Shown one piece after another: positions 26,156 through 34,271 of a DNA stretch of 64,000 nucleotides. The DNA is from Acidimicrobiia bacterium (GTDB taxonomy: Bacteria; Actinomycetota; Acidimicrobiia; Spongiisociales; ZC4RG35). Under the pieces are notes generated by a model. It worked only from the letters and a program-made list of their open reading frames with translations. It made no database searches and was not told the DNA's origin. Made by a program: the position numbers and the translations under genes. The DNA lies in NCBI GenBank assembly GCA_963665765.1, contig OY762464.1, positions 2,674,787 to 2,738,786 on the forward strand, in the 5' to 3' direction. Numbering within the stretch: the first letter of the stretch is position 1; the number at the start of each line of letters is the position of its first letter.

Positions 26156-27796
26156 CAACTTTATATGGCGAGAAGCCTGCCGACGGGTGGACGACGCGGC
26201 CTCCTTTTTTGAGCAGACCCGCCTGGGAGTTGAGAACGCCGTCTGGGAAGCTCGCGAGAGGTGGCGTCGATCGGCTTGTCTTTGGCTGGATGGCGAGGAA
26301 AGCCTGGAAGGGGTGCGGAAGGCGGCAGAGGGTTTTGTGTCGGCTGTGGAAGCCGTGGCCCCTCCCCACGCCTTGAAACCGGTATATCCGTTCAATAGTC
26401 CGGGTGAACCAGTGCTTTTGTATGCCGGACCCATGTCCGTGGTATTGGAAGGTCAGTCTGCGAACGGCGTGGAGGATGTGGAAGCCACCGGCGAAGGTCG
26501 AATAAGTATTGATTTTCTTCCCTCTCCACAGGTGTTTTGGCGGGCCACAGTGGAGGGCGTCTGTCCCGATCTCCTGGCAGCGTTCTTTCGTAGAACAGCG
26601 GTGAAGCCGGTTCTTCCACAGTTCGGCGATGCTTCTTTCCAGATTCCGCCCCGCTCCGGCAAAGTGTCCGCTCTGCCAAATATCACAGAGAGAGGAGGGC
26701 TGAAATTTGCTGAGGCTCTGTCCTCGGAGCCCTTCGGTTTGCCTGACCGTCTTTTCGAAGTACGGTTCAATCTTATCAACTGTTCGTTGAAACGTGGAAC
26801 GGATCTTGTTCTACAACTCTTTGGCGGATCATCATTGGAGGACAATTCACGATTTCCTAAACATTGGCCAACCCGACACAGAATGGCGGCTCCAAACCGA
26901 TGGATGGTTGATAGATATTGACGCTCGTTGTGACTTACCTGAAGTCTGGAAACAAACTCAAGAGACCGGATCCTTTGTATTCACCCATACCGGTCGAATG
27001 AGCCGGGTCGGTAGTTCTACCTTCTCGTTTGAGCAAGCCAAAGATCTCTTGAGTGCATTACAGGTTCTTATCGTTCGTGACGGGTAGGCGAGTGGGTATA
27101 GCTTTGCCGGTGGGATTCGACCGGTCGGAAAACCCGGTCTGCGTTGAATGGTCGTCGACCAAGGCCGATCCTTCGGTGTCATATATCGGCTGGCGTCACG
27201 ATTTGGTTTCGCCTGACTTGCCCCCTCTCTTCGAGGCATTCAAACGTTGCTGGAATGATGACTACTGGAAGACGATAATTTTGCAAGCCATTAGGGCATA
27301 CACCTTCGCCATGGAATGGAATCATCGAGGGAAACTAATCATTACGCAGGCTGCGTTGGAGACTGTTTCCGGGGCAGTGCTTGTGCAGAGAGAGCGGCAG
27401 CTTCCGGAGAAGGAGTTCGAAGATATGACGGCCGCCGCTCGGATCCGAGGATTGTTGGAGTGGGCGGACATCCCGGCCGAGGTTCCCGGCAGCCTGAGCC
27501 GCCTTGCCGAGAAGGCGCAATCTTTGCATGAGCACCGAGATGGTCCGCAGGTGGTCGGTTGGGTCCGCAATAGGATCGTACACCTGCGGCCTTCACGTGA
27601 TGGAGGGCAACAACTGGGCTACCTTGCATTGGAAGCTCACCGATTGGCGCTCTGGTATTTGGAAAAAGTTCTGCTTAGGTTGCTGAACTACCAAGGCAAT
27701 CATATCAATTGGCTCAAAGCAATGGGCGGAGGCCCTCCGTTGAACGAGTGCCTAGAGCCGGTACCCTGGGCAACCGCGGATCGTTCAGAACAATGA
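26142..27796 (+). pseudogene. HEPN-domain (RNxxxH, Apea-like) gene split over three frames
   Basis: Track ORFs 26043-26921, 26794-27087 and 27053-27796 abut in frames 0, 1 and 2. The junction reads ...DLLSALQVL / LSFVTGRRVG. The C-terminal part contains WVRNRIVH (27566-27583), an Rx4H HEPN motif, followed by helical LGYLALEAHRLALWYLEKVLLRLL. Confidence 0.5.
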
Positions 27797-27850
27797 GACC
27801 GGCATGCTTTGCGAGGCGCCGTTATATTCAGCGGCGGGCTCTGATCTTCT

Positions 27851-28954
27851 TCAGCGGCGGGCTCTGATCTTCCATTCGTCGAGGTTTCCGTCGGCGTTCA
27901 CCACCATTGCCCGGCTCCACATGTTCACGGTGGCGCAGGCGTGGTTGGGGACGATGCGGACCAGATTGCCCACTTCCATGATTTCCACGCCCGGTCCTTT
28001 CAGAAACCCGTGTTCCTCGTTGGCTCGGTAGAAGCTGATGGCCGCGTAGGTTCCGTCCTCGGTGAGCACCCTTCCGTATCCGGTTCCCGAGGTGGGGCCG
28101 TCGGAGCTCATGGCCTTGCTGCCCGCGTCGATGATGGCTTGGCCCGCCCGGGGTGTGCTAACCACCCGGGCCGCCACGGTCAGGGCGCACTCCGATAGGG
28201 AAGCGCTTCCCAGGATCACCTGATTGGCGTCACCGAACACATAGGTGCCGGGTCGGGCTTCGGTGACGCCCCGTACGCCGGGTGTGGAGGTTGAACCGGG
28301 GGTCGATCCCACCGATACCGTATTCGCTTCGAATCCGGCCCCTCGCAGGCTTTGGGCCACCCTCACCATGGTCTCGCCCACCGATCGACCTTCCTTCTCG
28401 AGACCGGAGCGATCCTGGCCGAAGCCGCTCAGATGCCCGGCGTGGGTGAGTATTCCTTGCAGACGCAGGCTATCCAGATGGGCAAGTTTCCCGGCCAGGC
28501 CCACCACCTGATCGGGGGCGACTCCCGCTCGTCCCAAACCGGTGTCCACTTCGATCAGATAGGGGATCGTCACGCCCGCCGCCCGTCCCGCCTCGGCCAG
28601 GGGCGCCGCCGCCTGTCGGGAGTCGAGCGCCACTCGTACCGTTCCTCGTCGGTTGGCTTCCACTGCGAAGCTCACCTTCGGGGGCCCCACCGGCTGATGA
28701 GCCCAGGTGAGGTCGGTGTAGCCATGGTCGAGGAGACATTCCACCTCGGCGGGGGTGGCGCAAGTGAATCCGACACAGCCCGCTTGCTTTTGGCGCCGGG
28801 CGACTTCGATCATCTTGGAGGTCTTCCAATGGGGCCGAAGCTCCACCCCCAGCTCTTTCATGCGGGCCGCCATCTTGGCGATGTTGCGTTCCGTCACGGC
28901 TCGGTCCACCACCAGAGCGGGGGTCGGCAGGTCGTCTGGGAAAGTCACATTCAT
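27851..28954 (-). CDS. Alanine-racemase-fold PLP enzyme (D-threonine aldolase / D-serine deaminase DSD1-like)
   Basis: ATG 28954 gives MNVTFPDDLPTPALVVD, LRPHWKTSK (PLP-Lys), THAGH and C-terminal IVPNHAC. ATGA overlap with the upstream ligase stop. Confidence 0.75.
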   Translation of the reverse strand: MNVTFPDDLPTPALVVDRAVTERNIAKMAARMKELGVELRPHWKTSKMIEVARRQKQAGCVGFTCATPAEVECLLDHGYTDLTWAHQPVGPPKVSFAVEANRRGTVRVALDSRQAAAPLAEAGRAAGVTIPYLIEVDTGLGRAGVAPDQVVGLAGKLAHLDSLRLQGILTHAGHLSGFGQDRSGLEKEGRSVGETMVRVAQSLRGAGFEANTVSVGSTPGSTSTPGVRGVTEARPGTYVFGDANQVILGSASLSECALTVAARVVSTPRAGQAIIDAGSKAMSSDGPTSGTGYGRVLTEDGTYAAISFYRANEEHGFLKGPGVEIMEVGNLVRIVPNHACATVNMWSRAMVVNADGNLDEWKIRARR

Positions 28955-30507
28955 GAATCGGTTGGTTGCTCGCTGTGCATATCGATCAGCAGGTGCTTTC
29001 GGACCTTGCCGGTGGCTCCTCGGGGCAGGTGATCGGTCAATATCAGTCGCTTGGGCTTCATGTGGGAGGCGAGTCGAGCGCCCACCCATTCGGCCAGTTC
29101 CGCCAGCGTGGGAGAATATCCCGGACGGGGCGCCACCACCGCGGTCACCGCTTCTCCCCACTCCTGATCGGGGAGGCCGATCACCGCCACCTCCGCCACT
29201 GCCGGGTGATGGGAGAGGGCGTTTTCGATCCGGGGCGGGTGGATGTTCACTCCGCCCGAGATGATCAGTTCCTTGATACGTCCCGACAGGTACAGATAGC
29301 CTTGCGGGTCACGGTATCCGAGATCACCGGTGTGCAACCACCCGTTGCGAATCGCCGCCGCGGTGGCTTCCGGCTGTCGCCAGTAGCCGGACATCATTTT
29401 GGGGGTGCGCACCAGCAATTCTCCCACCTCTTGGGGTCCGGCCTCCCGCCCGTCGGGGGTCTTTACCCCGATGTCCACTCCCACGATGGGACGGCCACAG
29501 GACAACGCGGGGGAATCCCGGTTCGCCAGGCGGTGATGGTCCTCGGGTCCCAACGCCGAGCAAACCGCGGTGGCCTCGGTAAGCCCGTATCCGTGATACA
29601 GGTCGCAGGGCAGGGACGACATCATCTTCTGCACCAGGCCGGACCGGGTGGGAGAGGCGCCGTAGAGCAAAAGCCGCATGGAACGCCAGAGGCGAGGATC
29701 AAAGCGGGGGGAATCCAGGATTCTCCGCAGTTGGGTGGACACCATGATGGTGGTGGTGACGCCGAAGTCGGTGATAACCGACATGGCGGTTTCGGGATCG
29801 AAGGAGGGCAGCACCACGTGAGTCTGTCCGTCCACCAGCATGGTGGCCACCCGCAGACCGGCCGAGGCGTGATAGAGGGGAGTGGCCGAGAGATAGACAT
29901 CGGAGGGGCGAAGTTCCTGGGAGATAGCCGTCACGAAGGCGTTGAAAGTGAGGGCTCGATGGGAGAGGCACACCCCTTTGGGATCGCCGGTGGTGCCGCT
30001 GGTATAGATGATGAGCGCCGTGTCCTCGGGTCGGGCAGTGATGGGAACCGGATCGGACGAGGAGAGCAGTCGTCGGTATTCGGGGGTGTCGGGTTGGAGC
30101 AGGGTGGTCTTGCCGAGGGATGCCCTCGCCAGCTTTTCGCCGTATTCCTGCCCGACAATGGCGACCCGGGGCTCGGCGTCGACCAGTTGCCGGGCTATCT
30201 CGGCCGGCGCCAGTCGGGTGGAGAATGGGACGGCGGCGGCGCCGAGCCAGGCCGCGCCCAGATAGGCGTCGAAAAACGCCGGTCCGGCGGGGGCCATCAC
30301 CGCCACCCGGTCGCCCCTTCCCACCCCGGTCCGCGCCAGCGCACCGGCAACTCGCTCCACCCGTTGGCGTAACTCGGCGTAGGTGAGAGACGGCCCGCCC
30401 ACGATCCGCACGGCATGGTGGTGGGGATAGAGCCGAACGGATCGGTCCAAAAGGTCGGTGATCAGCGCAGCCATCGCCTCCGAACGATACAAACCGGTGT
30501 CGGGCAA
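28951..30507 (-). CDS. AMP-dependent acyl-CoA synthetase/ligase
   Basis: IIYTSGTTGDPKG, YGLTE, TGDLGYRD and GKVRK are adenylate-forming enzyme motifs. Start could be the internal ATG at 30474. Confidence 0.85.
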   Translation of the reverse strand: MPDTGLYRSEAMAALITDLLDRSVRLYPHHHAVRIVGGPSLTYAELRQRVERVAGALARTGVGRGDRVAVMAPAGPAFFDAYLGAAWLGAAAVPFSTRLAPAEIARQLVDAEPRVAIVGQEYGEKLARASLGKTTLLQPDTPEYRRLLSSSDPVPITARPEDTALIIYTSGTTGDPKGVCLSHRALTFNAFVTAISQELRPSDVYLSATPLYHASAGLRVATMLVDGQTHVVLPSFDPETAMSVITDFGVTTTIMVSTQLRRILDSPRFDPRLWRSMRLLLYGASPTRSGLVQKMMSSLPCDLYHGYGLTEATAVCSALGPEDHHRLANRDSPALSCGRPIVGVDIGVKTPDGREAGPQEVGELLVRTPKMMSGYWRQPEATAAAIRNGWLHTGDLGYRDPQGYLYLSGRIKELIISGGVNIHPPRIENALSHHPAVAEVAVIGLPDQEWGEAVTAVVAPRPGYSPTLAELAEWVGARLASHMKPKRLILTDHLPRGATGKVRKHLLIDMHSEQPTDS

Positions 30508-30574
30508 AAATCCTGGTCGGGGGGGGCACGCCGAAGATGGGAAAGAGGGTTATCCACTCGGTGGAGGGTGTGGG

Positions 30575-31594
30575 TCAGAGGGATTTGCTCTGCCATCCCA
30601 GATTGGAGAGGAGGACGATCCCGGCGCCGATCATCAGGACGCCGGGATTGGCAATGGAGACATCGGCGAACAGCCATATCCAGAGCATCTGGAGCACGGG
30701 GGTGAAGAACATGATGCGCTGCACCGCCAGAGCGGAGGTCACATACATGGAGTATCGGTAGCTGAGCGACCCCGCCATGTTGAACACCCCGATCAGGGCC
30801 AGAAAACCCAGGGTTGCCCAGTCCAAATCGAAGCCCCGTTCGGTGGGTGGGAAGAACAGGGCGCTTCCCGCCAGGGTCAGGGGGAGGGCGAGAAACCGGG
30901 CGGCCACCGCCGCGAAAGTGGAGTTCCATACCAGGTCGTTGGGGTCATTGCCGGGCCATCCCATGATGCGTCCGAGGGAGATGGTCCCCCAAAGACTCGC
31001 CACGCCGGTGGCGGTCCCGGCGAACGCCACCACTATTCCCAGCCAGTTCAGTCTGACGACTTGGCCGGTCTCCGACCAGATCACCAGCGCCGCCCCCAGG
31101 AAGGAAAAGACCATAAGCATCCAGTGCTTTCGGCTCATGACATGCGGAGAAGTGCGGTGGCCGGCGGAAATCTTTCTGCCCAGTCGGGCCGCCATCCACA
31201 CAATCCCGATGAAAGCCAACTGGAAGATGATGGTCACCACCAGGGGGTCGATCAGAGTCGCCGCCCACACCCAGAAAGCCAGATCGAGTGCGAAGCCGAA
31301 CGCCATCCACAACGCCGGGGTGCGCGCCGCCTCCCGGAGAGTTCGGGCCCGCACCGGTTCTCCCCGGTCGCTCCAATAGTATGCCAGCTTTTGGACCTTG
31401 GCTCTCCAGTCTTTGTTCTTGGTCGGAACTGCGAAGAGAACCGGCGCCAGCCCGGCCGCCTGAAAGACAAACACCCAGGACCGCCATACGAAGGGGTCGT
31501 CGCTCACATGGGTGTAGAGATAGAACAGGGGAAGCCAGGAGAGGCCGACCACCGCACAGGCGGCCCACAATATCCCCTTGGTGGTTGAGTTCAC
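30575..31594 (-). CDS. DMT/EamA-like membrane protein (tandem paralog 1)
   Basis: 339-aa polytopic ORF. About 70% identical by eye to the next gene, same length. Confidence 0.55.
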   Translation of the reverse strand: MNSTTKGILWAACAVVGLSWLPLFYLYTHVSDDPFVWRSWVFVFQAAGLAPVLFAVPTKNKDWRAKVQKLAYYWSDRGEPVRARTLREAARTPALWMAFGFALDLAFWVWAATLIDPLVVTIIFQLAFIGIVWMAARLGRKISAGHRTSPHVMSRKHWMLMVFSFLGAALVIWSETGQVVRLNWLGIVVAFAGTATGVASLWGTISLGRIMGWPGNDPNDLVWNSTFAAVAARFLALPLTLAGSALFFPPTERGFDLDWATLGFLALIGVFNMAGSLSYRYSMYVTSALAVQRIMFFTPVLQMLWIWLFADVSIANPGVLMIGAGIVLLSNLGWQSKSL

Positions 31595-31685
31595 CGCTCG
31601 AACGGTACTGATTTCCTGCCGGGTCGGAGTGAAAAACCGCCTGCGGGGCCAACGTCGGGCAGCCGAAGTATCCGGTGCGCCGGGG

Positions 31686-32705
31686 TTATCCGGCTTTGCT
31701 CTGCCATCCCAGATTGGAGAGGAGGACGATCCCGGCGCCGATCATCAGGGTGGGGGGATTGGCGATGGAGACGTCGGCGAACAGCCATATCCAGAGCATC
31801 TGAAGAACCGGCGAAAAGAACATGATGCGCTGGACCGCCAGTGTGGAGGTCACATACAGCGAGTACCGGTGACTGAGCGCTCCGGCGGCGTTCAACGCTC
31901 CCATCAGGCTGAGCAATCCCACGGTTGTCCAGTTGATCTCGAAACTGTTTTGGGTCGGCGGGAAAAACAGGATGCTTCCCGCCAGGGTCAGAGGGAGAGC
32001 GAGAAAGCGCCCGGCCACCGCCGCGAAAGTGGCGTTCCACACCAGGTCGTGCGGGTTTCCACTTGGCCAACCCATGAGGCGTCCGGTGGAGACCGTTCCC
32101 CAAAGACTTCCGGCAGCCGTGGCCGCCCCGGCCACCGCCACGGCCACGCCCAGCCAGTTAAGGGTTTTGACCTCCCCGGTTTCCGACCAGATGACCAGGG
32201 CGGCGCCCAGGAAGGAGAGGATCATCAGGGTCCAATACTTGGCGGTGATGAAATGCGGGGTGGGTCGCTTCCCGGCGGAGAGTTTCCTGCCCAGCCGGGC
32301 CGCCAACCAGACCATGGCAATCAGCAAAAGCTGGAAGATGATGGTCACCACCAGGGGGTCGATCAGAGTCGCCGCCCACACCCAGAGAGTCAGGTCGAGG
32401 GCATAGGAGATGACCATCCACCAGACCGGGGATCGCAGCGATTCGGCCACAGTCCGCACGCGCACCGGTTCTCCATGCTCTCCCCAGTAGAACAGGAGTT
32501 TGCGGGCCTTGTCCCTCCAGTGTTTGTTGGCGCTCGGCACCAGGAGGAACACCGGCGAGAGGGCCGCCACCTGGAAGACGAACGACCAGGATCGCCACAC
32601 GAAGGGGTCGTCGCCCATATGGGTGAAAAGGTACAACAAAGGTAGCCAGGAGCCGGTGAGCACCGCGCTCACGGCCCATAACGACCCCTTGGTGATCGGG
32701 TTCAC
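31686..32705 (-). CDS. DMT/EamA-like membrane protein (tandem paralog 2)
   Basis: 339-aa polytopic ORF. Shares a 55-nt identical stretch with paralog 1 near the 3' end (30584-30638 vs 31695-31749). Confidence 0.55.
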   Translation of the reverse strand: MNPITKGSLWAVSAVLTGSWLPLLYLFTHMGDDPFVWRSWSFVFQVAALSPVFLLVPSANKHWRDKARKLLFYWGEHGEPVRVRTVAESLRSPVWWMVISYALDLTLWVWAATLIDPLVVTIIFQLLLIAMVWLAARLGRKLSAGKRPTPHFITAKYWTLMILSFLGAALVIWSETGEVKTLNWLGVAVAVAGAATAAGSLWGTVSTGRLMGWPSGNPHDLVWNATFAAVAGRFLALPLTLAGSILFFPPTQNSFEINWTTVGLLSLMGALNAAGALSHRYSLYVTSTLAVQRIMFFSPVLQMLWIWLFADVSIANPPTLMIGAGIVLLSNLGWQSKAG

Positions 32706-32905
32706 CGAATCGAACGATTCCGTTTCTGATTGGAGGGAGGGATTAGTGATAACCCTCTTTGGTGCGCAGCCTCAGCTTGGTTTCCGAGGTTAGCCGTCAA
32801 CCCGACGCACAACCATGGCAAATGCCTGACGATCCCGTCGATAGGGTCCGGTATGTCGGATCGCCGAGGAACCGACGGGTTCGGCCGGCCCCGGTTAGGG
32901 TGTGT

Positions 32906-34132
32906 TCAAGCCGGGATCAGATTGACTGTGATATGGGTGGGGGAGCGGAGAGAATACCCGACCATGGGGGGTGGGCCGCCAACCCACTCCGCCCGGCGAA
33001 CGCGGTCCATCAGCCGGTTGATCACCACTTCCATCTCCATGTGCGCCAGCAGCGATCCGGTGCAGTGGTGCTTCCCGGCGCCGAAGGGAAGTATGTCCGA
33101 ACGCGGTGTGAACTGGCGAAAAGCGCGGTCGGCGAAACGGTGCAACCGAAAGTCATCGGGATTCTCGAAGTGGGCCTCATCACGGTTGGCCGATCCCAAC
33201 AGCACCATGATCCTGTGTCCGGCGTTCACTTTCACTCCGGCCAGTTCCGTGTCCACTCGGGCGGCTCTCACCAGGGCATGGGCAGGAGGGAGATGCCGAA
33301 GGATCTCGGCGCAAGCTCCCATCACCAGTTCCCGGTCGGCCCGGATCTCTTCCCAAAGGTCCCGGTGGGAAAACAGCACCCACATCAGATTGGACAAAGC
33401 CCGGGAGGTGGTTTCCACCCCGGCGGCCAACAGCAATGAGCAGGTGGAGGCGATCAGTTCGGCGGAGAGGGGTTCTCCGTCGATCTCCGCCCGGCACAAT
33501 TCCGACAACAGGTCATTGGTGGGCTCTCGTCTTTTCCGGGCGATGACCGGGGCCAGGTATTCCCCCAGGGCGCCGCGGGCCTCGACTCCCCGGCGGGTGA
33601 TCTCCGGATCGTTCCTGATGTTGGTTACGCTGGCCTTGCCGATGGCGTCGTACCAGGGCCGAAAGCGAGCCACGTCGGGGATGCCCATCATGGAGGCGGT
33701 TACCTCCATGGGAAGCTTGGTGTTGAGACCCTGGTGGAGTTCCGCCGGCCGATCCCAGGGCAGGGCGTCGAGCAGTCGGGCGGCAATCTGTTCGGTCAGG
33801 TCCCGTAACTCCCCGGCTAGTTTGGCCCGGTGACGGATCCAGCGGCTCAGCAGAGCGGAATGACGGCGATGCTCCCGCCCCTCCATGTGAAGGATCACTC
33901 TTCCGTGGATAGCCGAGGAGCCGGGACCTCCCATCAAAGGGGCGAAACGGCTCTCATCTTCCAACACCTCCGCCACCTCAGAACGCCGGGAAGCCACCCA
34001 TCCTCCGATGCGCGGGCTCCAGAACAACGGGGCGAGGCGGCGGGCGCGGGCATAAAAAGGGAAGGGATCGGCTTCATCCACCAGCACCTTCGCAAATTCG
34101 GATAGCAGGTCCGGTGGGGTGGGATTATTCAT
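32906..34132 (-). CDS. Cytochrome P450
   Basis: ATG 34132 (MNNPTPPDLL...). I-helix LLLAAGVETTS, ExxR (EILRH), heme loop FGAGKHHCTGSLLA. Confidence 0.9.
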   Translation of the reverse strand: MNNPTPPDLLSEFAKVLVDEADPFPFYARARRLAPLFWSPRIGGWVASRRSEVAEVLEDESRFAPLMGGPGSSAIHGRVILHMEGREHRRHSALLSRWIRHRAKLAGELRDLTEQIAARLLDALPWDRPAELHQGLNTKLPMEVTASMMGIPDVARFRPWYDAIGKASVTNIRNDPEITRRGVEARGALGEYLAPVIARKRREPTNDLLSELCRAEIDGEPLSAELIASTCSLLLAAGVETTSRALSNLMWVLFSHRDLWEEIRADRELVMGACAEILRHLPPAHALVRAARVDTELAGVKVNAGHRIMVLLGSANRDEAHFENPDDFRLHRFADRAFRQFTPRSDILPFGAGKHHCTGSLLAHMEMEVVINRLMDRVRRAEWVGGPPPMVGYSLRSPTHITVNLIPA

Positions 34133-34271
34133 GGCTTGGGCACTGATCCCGGTTGGTGGGAAAGGGGTTCGGAGCGGTATTGTATGATGGTATACATAGC
34201 GTTTTCCCCAAAGTGTCGCACGCTCGGGGAAAGCTGATCCCAACCAAATATCTTGCCTATGGAGGTGTCCA

